Shown here piece by piece: positions 1 through 13,961 of a stretch of DNA of 64,000 bases. The stretch is taken from NCBI GenBank assembly GCA_951406725.2, contig OX597816.1, positions 104,594,001 through 104,658,000 of the forward strand, read 5' to 3'. The notes below the pieces were generated by a model. That model was given only the letters and a program-made list of their open reading frames with translations, was not told the origin of the DNA and made no database searches. A program made the translations under genes and the position numbers. The stretch comes from Octopus vulgaris. Taxonomy: Eukaryota. Within the stretch, counting starts at the first letter, position 1. Every line of letters starts with the position of its first letter.

Positions 1-642
1 CTTAATCATTTTAATTTCATATTTTATGGTATATACCTATACAATCTTCCCTGTGACAAACCATTTCGTTTTTTTCTCTCAGATATGGTATAGCTCAGGC
101 TAGATTAGCTAATATGTTCTTAATTTTTAAAATGACAGAAGAGTATGATCCGAGAAAGATTTGTATGTTGCCGTTTAAAGATTAAGACATGACACCTCAA
201 AGTACCTATCATTGATTGTAATACTCACATGTTCATTTTGTTAATAGAACAAGAGAATTTACTTATTTTAGATATATTAGAATTCGTGAAGCTGAAGTTC
301 CATCCTTTAGCATGTATTATATTAACTAACGATATATACTTTAGTTACTGCCCCACTGAAAACAGGATCCCTTCATAACATATTGATGTTTCGTCTTTCT
401 CAATCAATAGAGGTCACTATCACTTTAAATTTCATATTTCTTTTGTGTATAGCATACTTGATAACAATATGACAATATTGATTCTTTGATGAGATCCAAA
501 ACGTAATCATTCTTCTAGCTTTGTATATTTCCTGCCTAGATTCAATGCGACCAAGTGGATAAATATATCGATCAGGTATTCTGAGGTAGTATCTTGTTCT
601 TTGATACTTCAGCTATTTAATCAAGATAATCAACTTTAGAGA

Positions 643-643
<1 letters not shown>

Positions 644-689
<46 letters not shown>
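644..689. repeat. (TA)n microsatellite
   Basis: Direct reading. Confidence 0.95.
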
Positions 690-695
<6 letters not shown>

Positions 696-3048
696 TTATG
701 CTTACCATTTAAAAGAAATTACCAGCTTTTATTAAATGTTATTTCGTGTATATAAATTTATGTACAAGTTGAGTCTATTATGAATATCGAGTAAAGTTTA
801 AATATTTATCTTGTATGTCGTATAAACATATAAATAATACGAAGCAATTTCATACACCTATCTTGTACAATAAAAATTGAGCAATACTGTTCGGCTACTT
901 TACATCTATTAATTTGCTTCACATTTAAATAATACTGATTGTTTTATAGCGTCTACTACATTAGCTGAAGTTAGTAAAATAAACAGATATTTGCTTCATT
1001 TATTTCGATTACTCTACGACATGCATTTGATATAGGTAAATTATAAGCATAGAGAACATTCTGAATCTAAAATAAAAGACATTGTAATCAGCCATTTGCT
1101 TTGGTATTTTAATGGATCAATATAGTTCTATTTAAAGTCATTTTATGAGGATTCTAATCGATAAATTTACTTAGAACATAATTGTGCTTAGCTACTGCAA
1201 TTTTCTCACACTGTCTCCAAATTCGGGGCTATTTCTGAAATTTAAGAATAGGTTGGCTATAAACAGAATAACCAAATGAAACAGAGGAAATGAATTCGTA
1301 ACAACATTTCACTAAGACATTATTTGATATTAATTACTAATTAACGGGAAATATTTTTATAATAATTAATTATGCCGCTAGTCTATTAAGATAAGAGTTC
1401 AATAGACAGACTGGAAATGCCAAACTAGTTTCAATCTGTCTAATAATATTACATTTTCATTATAATCTATTGATAGCAGACGGCACTTTTGTAACAATTT
1501 AATTCCCCGTTTTCTTATCTAGAAGCCATTTTCTATGAGGTCAAAGTTAAAATTAACATTCATTGTCATTCCCTGTTTTATTACAGCAGTATATCATTGT
1601 ATGTCCATAAGCTATATAAGGGTGCCATGTCATGATACATCTTTTCTAGTGGAAGAAATTATGTTATAAATTCCGGGAATAAAATACTAGAATTTTACTT
1701 CAGAATGGGATTGCAGTTGTCATAAAACTACTTTAGCAGAAACTGTAAATAGAGTCGAGATGATTTTAAGCAGGATTCAAAAAGGGTTCAACACTATTTA
1801 CAATGTTGTAGTCTCCAGTGCACATAGAAAGAGTTTTCTTGGGAGTATTGTAACTTGGAAAATGAATGATTTTTCAAACAGGTATGATGAAATCTTCCAC
1901 AATATGAAATGACTTACTAACCTCCACTTTTTTAATGATTTTTTAATAAAACCAAATTTTACAAAATATTTGAAAGAATTATAGCGTAGTCTATTCAAGA
2001 CTAAATGTGTGTCACTTGGTTGTATGTTACTAATATCACTTGATTTAATAGGTTATAGGTGTTTTTTCTGGTTTGTCAGGTAGCATTTCATTTAGTGTAC
2101 ATTTCACTCGTTTAATATTTTATAAAATGCCTCATACAATGGGTCATGCAATACATTTTATATCACTTGCAATGATATATTACAACAAGCAAATAAAGGA
2201 GACAATGAATTGTAGCTCTCTCTCTGCTCGAAATAATAGCTAAACCTCCTTCAAACTATATGTTGCAGTTTTCGAAAAGAATGCAACGTATTCCAGTATG
2301 TATCACTATTGAGAGAAACATTGGATTATCGTGGATGAAATGTTATTAATCACACATGCCCTCGGACAGCTAAATAATAACATATAGTTTAGAGTTACAT
2401 ATCAATAAATCTCGGGAATAATTATGTTCTGCATAGAGTTACTCGTGCTCTCACGCATTATAGTGTTGTATCAAAAATCACATAGTTAACACCTGCAATG
2501 ATACATGCATTATTTTCTATCACAATACTGGTTAAATCTGAGTTAAGGTAAATTTAGTAAGTTACTTTTCCTGCTCAGTTCTCCCTCTGACTGCGCATTA
2601 AATCTACATAAATGACCGAAAATAATAAAAAATGAAAACAACCCAAATATGCAAAGGGCAGAATTTATCACAGCAAGCTTCATACCTCAAAGCTTTCTGT
2701 CACTACATGTAAACACAATCTATACTCCAAAACACTACCACAGCATACTTAGTAAAATAAAAAGTCATATCCCTCACTCACGCGAAAAAATACACAAACA
2801 AAAATAGCAGCAGCATCAAACACTTCATTAATCCAAAGTACTCTTCAGGTTTGCACACCATCAACAAAAAATTCCCAGAAATAACAACTGTCGTGCTATG
2901 ACTGATTCTAACTTGTAGCGTTTACTATTGCTTTCAATAGAATGTAGTGTCGGAAATAATGCACAACGAGGAGAGTGTAACATGCTCAAACATCTCTATT
3001 GCTTTTCATGTAATTCATCAATGTATGCAGTAGAGTGAAAACATGGCT

Positions 3049-3087
3049 TAACTGAAAAACAACGGCCCTACAGTTGTTTTTCAGTTA
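3049..3087. repeat. Perfect 15-bp inverted repeat with 9-nt loop
   Basis: TAACTGAAAAACAAC-ggccctaca-GTTGTTTTTCAGTTA. Confidence 0.9.
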
Positions 3088-3388
3088 CTTGACACTTAAA
3101 TTCTATAATTTCTATTAACATTTGTTTTTAAGTCTTTCCCAGTAACCCACACAACATTTTCTTTTGAGTATACGTATACCCATCGGTAACATATCAATCA
3201 TATTTACTTTTCTGACGCGATTACCTGTACTTACACCAAGAAATATTTATGTTTTCTGCAAAATAAATTAAACATCCCACTTTACTATAAAAAGAGACAT
3301 GTTACCATTCAAAGGCTAATGTGATGGTGATACTAGACACTAAAAAATGAAAAGAAATTGACAAATATATTAGCACAAAGAGAAAACC

Positions 3389-3450
3389 AGAGAGAGAGAC
3401 AGACAGACAGACAGAGACAGAGAGAGAGAGAAACAGAGATAGAGACAGAG
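3389..3450. repeat. (GA)n/(GACA)n compound microsatellite
   Basis: Direct reading. Confidence 0.9.
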
Positions 3451-4271
3451 CATTAGTGGGTTGATATAAAACTAAGAAAGAAATATCAGGCTAACTGGTG
3501 ATTAGTTTCAGTAAATTAGCATGTGGTACATCACATATTTCTACACGATCTCTAGTGCAGTCCTGAAATATTCTGACAATCACACTGGGAAAATATCAAA
3601 CATGTTATTCTTTAAATAATTTTTTGCATTTTACTTTTCTGAATTAAAAAGAAATTATTGACGAAGTTGTTGATTACGCAATTTCTAATCTTCATTAAAG
3701 TTCTCGTTGCAACATTAATTATACCTTTCTTCATATAGTCAACTCTACGTCTCGTTACCTTTTCCCCATTTTTCTTCATATTATTTATCAATGGCAGTTT
3801 TACTTTGCCTGGTTTCATCTTAATTTCACCATTTCTTTTACACTCTACTGATTGTAAATACATTACCAATAATTTCTACTGAATTAAACTTACACCTGCT
3901 GTTTCTGCTCAAATGGAAAATGAGATAAATCAGTACGCAATGCACAATTTACACAAAATGAAAGAACAAAATAAACAACAGAGTGCAGTATAAACAAACT
4001 GGGAATATAAAATGAGTATTTCAGAAAAATTAATTCTTAAAGATTGTTTAATGCATACATTTAAAATTGAAAGGTTATGTTTCATTTAGCCTCTTTCTAG
4101 ACAGCAAATCAAATCTTAAAACAGAATGCATTAAAAAGGATAGGGTAAATAAAACGCAAAAAACTACGGTTGTTTTTCAATGAGACCATATTCAAATGTT
4201 TAAATGTTCTCATACCCTTGTTTGTTCTAACAATCTCTAAGCGTTAGTTTGCTGTATAGGAAATAATCATT

Positions 4272-4486
4272 TCCAACATGGATACAAGGCTAGAAATTTG
4301 AGAAGGGAAAGTAGAAGAGTCTATTATGTCAAGCTCATACTTCACTATTACGTTATCAATTGAAATTGGAAAGAAGAAAAGCAAAGTTTAAATGAAATGG
4401 GATTTGAACGCAGAATGTTAATAGCCGAAATTCATAGCGCAAAGACATTTTGTCGCTGGTAAAAATGATTCTGCCGATCCAGAGCC
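4272..4486 (-). mobile_element. Diverged tRNA-derived SINE (family A)
   Basis: Reverse complement has GGCAGAATC head, TTCTGCGTTCAAAT B-box-like motif and GCCTTGT tail, as in the copy at 22561-22772. Confidence 0.55.
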
Positions 4487-5199
4487 CGCAAACTTGTAAG
4501 TAATTATGTTTCGTTAGATTTTTTCCCCATAATTTTCGAGTCAGGGATAAGAAAAGATAAGCTCTCCCTAGATCAAATAATGAAACAAATTTCGATACCT
4601 GAGTAAAGCTCTGCAAATGCCCTTCTAGATGTTGCTAATTTCACACAATTCAGTGCCTGTTTCATACAAGGGCTATCTTCGCAAACTAATATATCAATGT
4701 TCTTTGATTGTACAGTGGCCCCCTGTAGAATGCACGAAATATTAAACACTGTCTCAAGTTCATTTCAATCTACCAACGTCATTAACGTTATTGAAAGCGT
4801 TGGGACATTCACTCAGTTCTATTTCAATGCACACACACACACATGCGCGCACACACACGCGTGCTATCACACACTTATGTGTATGTGTGTGCTTGTGTGT
4901 GTATTGATATAGAACTGAGTAACGGCACCCTCACACACACATGTATACGTATGTCACTGTGTGTGTGTATGTGTGTGTAGGCTTCATCGCAAACTAAGAA
5001 TTCAAATTTCCTTCGAAAGCTATCGTAATTTTAAATAATTACCATATACATCCTTTTATTTATTATCCCTTTGGGCAACATGTTTGATATAAAAATGTCA
5101 CGTGTAATAAATTGAGCTATTTATGCCTGTGATGAAACCCTCTGAGACTCCTTTATTGAGCATATTTTCACTACCAAAGTATTTTATCACACCTTTTTT

Positions 5200-7190
5200 T
5201 TTAATCTCGATTTTATCTTATCCCTGATACATTTGTTAAATTTTAAAAGGTCGTTTCATATGTTGTGGTTATCGATATAATTAGATCATTTATTTAATTT
5301 CCATAAACCTCATATGAATATTATCCACTGAAACTTTCACAAATGCGAGAGATATCTCTAATGATATATTATGACGATATTATATTCTCTAACTCCATCC
5401 TAAAGTATAAGTTTGCTGCGCAGCTCCCCACCCCCAATATTTTAGTACTTATCAGATGCTTACTGTGTACAAAGCTTGATTAACGCATAGTGGGGTACTG
5501 GTCACTGATCTCCCAATATGTTACCATTAGAAATACGTATTTCCTGGTTATCTTCCAAAGATAGCCATTTAATAAATTGGCAATTATACACTCACCAGCG
5601 TACAGTAGCAACAATATAAGAGGTGTAAAATATTTTCTCTTTGTACTTCTGCGTCATCTACAAAAGTTTTTCTCATCTGAATGAGAGAGTATATTTCTCG
5701 ACACAAAGCCATATGATCTCAGAAGCTACTAATGCCACATCTGCATATATGATGGACTGCATCCAAAAGAAAGGTTAGCCTACCGATTGGTATCCAATCT
5801 CTCAGACATTTTAAACTTTTCCCGTTCAGTTGTGCTGTCTTCTCGCTTTTCCTTTTCTATCTCTAAAACAGAAAAAAACCCCCACTTATAACTCATACAA
5901 ATCTCATCTTCTCTTTTATATTAATTCCACCTGCAAGCTCCACACAAACCGACTCGTTCAAACCATCCTCTCCCACGAGTCGGACCTTTGGAATTCTCTT
6001 CATATGCCTTCTTTTTCCTGCAACTAACAACTTGCAGCATGAAAATCGTTTCGATTTCATTGGAAGCCGTAGTGACCCGGATGACAACTTCTTACTAATC
6101 ATAAAATATACTATACTGCCTCTGCTAAGTAAATAGATATATACATCGGCCGATTCTTCACTTTTCTGTGTGTTACATGTCATTCCTTACATCAATACTA
6201 AATCTTGCGTTGTATCTTAAATACATAAAGCCTCCCCATCTTTGCAATTCTTTCTGCCCTTTCTGGCTACATTAACTTACACCTTTAGAATGTGTACGAA
6301 AGTAATAGCCTTAATCCAAACAATGGGCTTATAATGGAAATTATCTATTATACCTCCTTGTTTAGATCCCTCTTCAGCAACGTTATTACATCTCGGTTCA
6401 CACTTCTTGAAATACTTCCATTGTGCTGCCAATTACAATAGATATCTTTCAAGACAAGTCGAGCCAGCGGCAACAGATTATGAAGGGTAGAACATCCAGT
6501 TCTATCTCATAGCATAGTCACTCGACTAGTTCGTTACTTTCCCTCTTAAAATTCCTTTATTGCAACACTGTACGCCTTTACCGAGAATGGCGGTAAGCAG
6601 TCAAGATAAATATCTATGTTTACCGTTTTCTGCTTGTTAATACGTTACACCTTGTGAAAAATCGAGGGAATGCTGCTGGAAAAACAAGCATATCTGTTAG
6701 CAGTTGGATTATGGATGATCACTTTCGGTTTCTCGAATCTTTTTTCGATTTCTCGTATTTCAAAAATTCTAGCTTTGTGTATCGAGGGAAGTAGCCGAAA
6801 ATAATCATCTTTGAAAGCTGTCATTTGTCATACTTTTTCTGTTTGCCATTTCCATTCATTTGACAAGTTCCCGAGACTATGGTCTCTTGCTGAAAAGTAA
6901 AAAAATCTTTGCTGAAACTAACTGATTCTGCTCTAATATTTTCTATTTAGTGATACTGAACAAATGTTAACAATTTTATTCGTCAATGCCCTCTTGAATA
7001 AATCATTAACCAGACCCCTGACACCAATCCGTATCAACAAAAGCACATTGAGTTTCCAGAATTTCGGGCCCTCTTTTAATAATACATTTTGTGTTCACAG
7101 TTCTAACCAACAATTTTTCATTGCGTATCCTTTTACTCAAAATTGTGCATAGGTTACCTTACAGCTTTCGGTTAACCTAACAGAAATTAT
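5200..7190 (-). pseudogene. Decayed Penelope-like element ORF (RT region)
   Basis: Minus-strand remnants in PLE order: LKEGPKF (~7059-7079, cf. L.KGLKF), a weak DKG-like motif (~6575), GCSP-like (~5755) and FVDD (5653-5664); many stops and frameshifts. Confidence 0.45.
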
Positions 7191-7244
7191 AAATGACTAG
7201 TTTATAATTTCCAGGAGAATATAGAAATCGATGGGCAGTCGCGA

Positions 7245-7288
<44 letters not shown>

Positions 7289-7532
7289 CTATGTATCTAT
7301 GTACGTGTGTATTTATAGATTATAGAGAGAGAGAACGTGAGAGAGCGAGAGCGAAAGAGAGTGAAAGAGAGAAATATATAGAATGCTGGCTCTGAAGATT
7401 GAATAAAATAATGGGTGGGAGAAAGGAAGAGAGAGAATTGCTCAATATTTCAATATGTAGAATATCTTAACAATAACTGTTTCTTAAAAAAAAATTATGA
7501 ATGTTATTCGTCAAATAACCATATATGTAACA

Positions 7533-7714
7533 TTGGTTTCAAATTTTGGCACAAGGACTGCAATTTCGGTGGTGAGGGTAAGTTGATTATATCGACCCCA
7601 ATTCTCAACTTATCGACCCATAAGGATGGAATTGAATTCTTTAGAAGGTAAAGACTTACGAAATGATGCTAAGCATTTTGTCCGGAGCGCTAACCACTCT
7701 GCCAGCTCGCCGCC
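7533..7714 (-). mobile_element. tRNA-derived SINE (family A)
   Basis: Reverse complement starts GGCGGCGAGCTGGCAGAGTGGTTAGCGC; has GGGTCGATA and CCTTGTGCCAAAATTTGAAA tail. Confidence 0.8.
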
Positions 7715-8769
7715 TTGACCATATATTCATACCCTTTCTAGATGCCTTAGCGTTATATATGAAGTGAAAGAACTTCAAGTGGGAATCGTTATCTTGATTC
7801 AAGCAGTAGTTCCTACACAATGACAGCTTTACTCTACGATGCTCATCATGAGTAGTTTCTCTCATAAAACAAAAATGTGTATGAGAAAATTAAATACTAG
7901 AAGGAACAAGTGCTCTCTTACGCCTCATACTGAAGTTTTAACGGAACCAGTCCAAATTAAATTCGGGTAATTTTTAGGATCGAATCCAATTACATCGGAA
8001 GAGTGGACATTAATTGATATGATTACATTAGAATCTTATTTACTCAACACTTTTGCCTTCAAGCTTTCATTGTGCAATGCCTGAATATTTATCTTGTATA
8101 TCTTTGTTGATAAAGACTGTATTTTGGAAAATTGCTCTCTAAAGATATCAGAGATAAAGAAGTAGATAAACAAATAATAACAATGCTAAAATACATTTCC
8201 CTAAAACCAAGCTTTCATTTCTTATTTTAACATGGTTCACGTATCGATTATTTGTTCGTGTCTTTATCTATGAACGGCAATTCGAAATGTTCCGACATAG
8301 AAGACCATGTAACTTCACTTGCTTAGAACTTTAGATGGGTGAGATGAAAGTTTGAAACCAATAATTTACATTTGTTGTTTGCTAAATGATATTGTCTGCT
8401 GTTATAAAAACATAACATCACATGGAGATAGCGGGTCTGTAAATATGTGTTTCATCAAAATTGTTGGATTTAAAAAAAAAAATTACCTCCTATATATATA
8501 TTTTAGTTATATAAAAGTACAATCAGAGTAGCATTTCTCGAAACCTGTCATATTCTTAGCTACAATTATTTGTCATTATCAAAAGTGCACAAATACACAC
8601 GCATAAACACTTACAAACGCGCATACGCACACTCACACGCACAAACTCACATGTACTCTCTCTCTCTCTCTCTCACCCACACACATATTCACACACATAC
8701 GCACAAACAAACAAACAGACAAATGAAAGAGATCATATGCTTATATTTGTCATAAATAGTCATACACAC

Positions 8770-9074
8770 TATATAATTTTATATGTGTGATCCATATATC
8801 TGACATTCATTGCACAATCAACATCCTTAAGGAAATAAAGAAAACTGGAGCAGAAATAGCTACTTAGTTTTCCATTAGGATTGTAGCTTTTTTTTAGTTC
8901 ATTTGTGTTCTGAAAAGATTTAAGAATAAAATTATATAAGCGGTATTTATTTAATCTATTAAAAGCTAGAGGTCTTCGAGAATTTCTGTGGACCACTGAG
9001 GTGACAGTTCCATATAAGTTCATTGAATAGAATTTCAGGAAGTAAAATCTGGAAACCAAGTTGTCATAAAACAG

Positions 9075-9136
<62 letters not shown>

Positions 9137-9199
9137 GCATACATATAATGCAAAACCAATGGTCACCCACTGACCGGTCATAACCAACAGCCTTCTAAG

Positions 9200-9278
<79 letters not shown>

Positions 9279-9573
9279 GTTTTAGGACTATTTCGTTGTT
9301 ACTTCCTGAAATTCTATCGGATGATATTACATTGGAACTGTCACCTCAGTGATTCACATAAATCTTGAAAACCGCTGTTTTTTTAATAGATTAAATAGAT
9401 ATTGTTTATACAATTCACTTCTGAAATGCTTTCGTAATCCGAATGAACGAATAACACTGCAATCTTAAAGCAAAACTGAGTAGCCGTTTTTGTTCGAGTT
9501 CTTTTAACCTCCTAAAGGAGGCTGATCATGCAATCAATATATGACTTATATGGATGACATATTTAACGTTATA
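8770..9573. mobile_element. Diverged inverted-repeat element, ~300-bp arms around a (TA)n/(CA)n core
   Basis: 8770-9075 is the reverse complement of 9277-9573 with exact blocks CACTGAGGTGACAGTTCCA/TGGAACTGTCACCTCAGTG and ATAGAATTTCAGGAAGTAA/TTACTTCCTGAAATTCTAT. Confidence 0.8.
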
Positions 9574-9667
9574 TCATATCCATGAAAACTTCATAAGAAA
9601 TATATGTCTAAATAAGTAAATGTATACATGTATATATGTGAACATAAATATATGTATATTTATATGT

Positions 9668-9696
9668 GTATGTATGTATGTATGTATGTATGTATG

Positions 9697-9726
<30 letters not shown>
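9668..9726. repeat. (TATG)n microsatellite
   Basis: Direct reading. Confidence 0.95.
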
Positions 9727-9728
<2 letters not shown>

Positions 9729-10039
9729 GAGACGACTTGGATATATATAGTGAAAATAAGTGCACATGCTAATCAGTAGTCAGCAATGGAAACGATTTTA
9801 AGAGAACCAAATTGCACTGTAATTTTATCTGGACTGAAAGTAAACCTCATACCATGACCTATAAATCATATTCTTATTTCCAGTCATGGAATAAACGTTT
9901 CTTCCTGTATTTACAAATAACACACTAAATATATATTTCTTTTTTCCTTCCTTTCAGTCTTTCTTTCTCTCTTTCTTTCTTTCTCCCTTTCTTTCTTCCA
10001 TTCCTTCCTTTCTTTCGACTAAGTTGGAGTTTTTGACTC

Positions 10040-10230
10040 ATCGTCGAAATCTATCTTCGTGGTGTCCTATAAGTTCTATAAATGTTTTGATAATGGTGTA
10101 GCATCCTTTCAATGTGTTGCATAATTTTCTCAGGCGTATCGTTTATTTGTTGAGCATTCAGCTATTTATTTCTTTAAATAACTTCTTTCCTTGAACTTTA
10201 TTTTAAAAACTTCTGCTTCTAGAGTTCACT
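10040..10230 (-). pseudogene. Possible Penelope GIY-YIG endonuclease relic
   Basis: Minus frame KDATPLSKHL*NL*D resembles the PLE motif T.LSKH.W.LK. Confidence 0.35.
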
Positions 10231-11332
10231 ACTCTGGTCTTGTTTACGAATCTTGTTTATCTCTGGTCTATGGTATTCGTCCCTCTAAACTTTCTTCAAC
10301 ATCATTTGAAGTTGTGGGCTCCATCTTCTCTTTCTTTGTAGTCTCTCCTGCAAGAGTCGCCTCATATTTTGTTTGGGACAAAATAATTAAATATAGTTAT
10401 ATATGTGTGTGTGCATAATAACAATATGCTAAGCAAAAACATTGATTTGCATATGTTGTTGGCGTCTACAAACTTTTTGTTTGCACTAAAGAAAGAAATA
10501 GAGAGAAAGTGTGTGTGTGAGAGAGAGGGGGATAAAGTAAGAAAAATGAGAAGACAGAGAATCAGTAATCAAAGGAGCATTCTATCAAATCAAAACAATT
10601 TTACACCAATAAAATGTCATCTGTTGCATTGTTGGATCTTTTTCATTACTGTATATTTGAAATATATGACAAAACGAAAATATCGCATACTTAACACGTT
10701 TTCTGGTATCATCTTTAAAAAAATAGATAAAAATGTAAACATATTTACATTGAAGGAAAATACTGACAACCCAGACGGAAAGTTCCGGCAGGATACCGAA
10801 CACTCCATTTTATTTGGAACGTCTTTTGCTACAAATAAATACATAAGGCAGTAGTAGTTACTGATACTATTTCGTCGATATCAGCTCTAATTCAGCTGAC
10901 TTAAAGTAGGAGTTGGTAGCTTTTATGGAAAGAAGGTTCTCAACTTTGTAATATCCCAGCCTCTTACTTGAATGATAGTGACTTTGATGGGAATCTATTT
11001 CAACTGGGACACGGAGCTAGATCGTAATCTTGGATCACTGGAAACTACTCTCATCTAATTTCAGACATCAAAACAAACATGCAAGTGCTCCAGAATTCTG
11101 CTCTATTTGGATTATCTAATCCGGATAGAGAGGGAGATCAAGGCTTATTAGCTGGCTAACTTTATCATTGAACCTCAGTAGAAGAAGTATCAACAACAGA
11201 CAGTATTGTTTGTGTAAATAAATGCCCAAATTAATCCAACACAGATAACGTTGAGGAAAATGATATCTGCTTCGGACATGAGTGAAAAACCTGCAGAAAA
11301 CTGTATAACTAAAACCCCCAAATATATACGAC

Positions 11333-11337
11333 ATATA

Positions 11338-11373
<36 letters not shown>

Positions 11374-11383
11374 TGTATGTATG

Positions 11384-11416
<33 letters not shown>

Positions 11417-11479
11417 ATATATATATATAAATATATGTATATGTATATATATATGTGTGTATATATATATATATGTATG

Positions 11480-11511
<32 letters not shown>

Positions 11512-11543
11512 ATGTGTGTATGTGTGTGTGTGCGTGTGTGTGT
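11333..11543. repeat. Compound (TA)/(TATG)/(TG) microsatellite
   Basis: Direct reading; explains the YIYI/HTHT ORFs. Confidence 0.95.
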
Positions 11544-12260
11544 ATTGGAGACTGTTTGAAATCTTTGCTACAGTTAGGTGTATTTGAAAAACGAAAATAA
11601 TGACTTCACTGATAGTTGTAATCAATTTAATCTTCTAATATAATTTTACAGTTTGGTTTGTAGATTTAAGTTCTTTGTTAACATCGGTAAGATTTTTATA
11701 AAGATTCCTTGTTAACTTTTCCGGAGCACTTTCTCGCATTCGTCGGTGGCGGTTGTCACACTGATCTGAGGTTGTGTTGTGCTGTGTGATTCTAAATATA
11801 AGAGACTTGGGTATGTCCGGGGTGGGGCTGGGTTTGTTAGTAAGTATGAGAGTGAATGAGTGTTGATAAACCAGAGCTGAAAGAAAATAGTGAATAGAGA
11901 AAACAAGATAACTGGTTGATGGTGGAGTCGGGAGGTGGTGGGGTATTTAAGAAATGTTTTATGAAGGGCTTGTGAAAGTTTCCTTCTGTTGGTTCTATTT
12001 GAATAGTTGACCTTTAGTGAAAAATATAATGGTCAAATGTTTTTCAAATTCTCTTATGTCTGAATCAACTATATCAATTTTATATAGAGAAGCTTCAGTA
12101 ATTTTCTATGTTAAAGATAAGTTTGTATGTCTGGCGGGGATGGTGGGGTTTAATGAGGTTTAAGATACATGTCTTTTGATTTAAAGGGGGATGACAACAG
12201 AGAGAAAAATATAAGGTTAATATTTATACATAAACGAATATATATATATATATGTATATT

Positions 12261-12338
12261 CCACTACCTGGAATCGAACTCGGAATCTCAGGGTTAGTAG
12301 CCCGCACTCTTAACCACTACACCATATGTCCACGGGCA
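12261..12338 (-). mobile_element. tRNA-like SINE head (ACT in anticodon loop)
   Basis: Minus strand: A box TGGTGTAGTGG, GGG-CTACTAA-CCC arm, B box GAGTTCGATTCC; stems imperfect, so not a bona fide tRNA. Confidence 0.8.
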
Positions 12339-12647
<309 letters not shown>

Positions 12648-13089
12648 AACTTTTAGGCAATGCAGATATTTTACATAGAATGTTCAACAGAGCTAAACAT
12701 AAACTATACGCATTCCCAAATCACATGTGGCAGTGCAATTTACACATGCAACAGAACTAAGACAAAGAGAGTTACAAAATAATATAATTCAACAACACAA
12801 CTCACACACTATATACGAAACACAAACACCATCCAAAAACGTATATAGCATATATACCGCACAACAAATAGTAAGGGCGATTCAGTAATACTGGAAACAC
12901 CAAAATAAATCACGCAGTCAAATAAAACTGATGGAGTAAACAAGCACAATTCTACAGTCAAAAACACATTGCTGCACGCAATTCCAGTTGACGGAAGTGC
13001 ACCTGATGTGCTTGTAGAAATTCGTATAGAATTGTTGAAAATATGATAATGATAATGATGAGGCTGTTGACAATAATAATAATGATAAT

Positions 13090-13302
13090 GGTATAAATTT
13101 TGGTACAAGGCCAGAAATTTTAGGGGAAAGAGTTAGTCGATTACATTGAGTTCAGTAGTTGACAAGTAATTGAATCATCGACCCTTAAAGCATGAAAGGC
13201 AATGTTGACGTCGGTCAAATTTGAACTCCGAACACAAACAGCAGGAATACATGTCACAAAGGATTTTCTCCGATAAACAAACGATTCTGCCACCTCACCG
13301 CC
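13090..13302 (-). mobile_element. tRNA-derived SINE (family A); a second 3' fragment follows at 13318-13430
   Basis: Reverse complement GGCGGTGAGGTGGCAGAATCGTT...GAGTTCAAAT...GCCTTTCATGCTTTAAGGGTCGAT...GGCCTTGTACC. Confidence 0.8.
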
Positions 13303-13431
13303 ATCATGATAACCCGTATTTGTTTCTAACATAGGCACAAGGCCAGCAATTTTTAGTGGTGCAGGATTAGTACCTTACATCCACCCCCAGTGCTCAATTA
13401 GTACTTATTTCATCCACCCCAAAAAGATGAA

Positions 13432-13737
13432 CTTCCTTGTCTTTCTGTCTAAGCTGTTTAGTTCGTCTACTGTCCATGGGATTACCCCTGCTCCATATAT
13501 AAGGAATGAAACCGCCTCGGTGTTGAAGCTTCGATCTTATTCTGTCCATTTAATTTCGACTTAAGGATCAGTCTTAGTCTGCGCAAGTACTCCACCTTAA
13601 ATTTTTCTGTCATTTCTTTCTCCATCAAGTTATCCATTTCCACATTCCTGAAGTACTTATAGCCCGTCTCTTCTTACTGCTTCATAACCTCCTCCGACGG
13701 TATCGTTAGCCCGTCCTTGCATGTGATTTTTCCTCTC
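13432..13737 (-). pseudogene. R4/Dong-clade non-LTR retrotransposon RT/thumb fragment
   Basis: Minus frame ...TGYKYFRNVEMDNLMEKEMTEKFKVEYLRRLRLILKSKLNGQNKIEA..., matching the R4/Dong pattern YKYLG...EY.RR.R.ILKSKLN..NKI.A. Confidence 0.75.
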
Positions 13738-13739
13738 TA

Positions 13740-13788
<49 letters not shown>

Positions 13789-13798
13789 TTATTATTAT

Positions 13799-13836
<38 letters not shown>

Positions 13837-13837
13837 T

Positions 13838-13874
<37 letters not shown>

Positions 13875-13875
13875 T

Positions 13876-13951
<76 letters not shown>
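13740..13951. repeat. Compound (TTA)n-(GTA)n-(GCA)7-(GTA)n microsatellite
   Basis: Direct reading. Confidence 0.95.
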
Positions 13952-13952
<1 letters not shown>

Positions 13953-13961
13953 CATTTCCCT

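Noticed and set aside
10405-10854. 149-aa ORF
   Set aside because: AT-rich, spans GA/GT repeats, no domain motif
12261-12338. Functional tRNA gene
   Set aside because: Acceptor, anticodon and T stems mismatched; repeated as part of a mobile element
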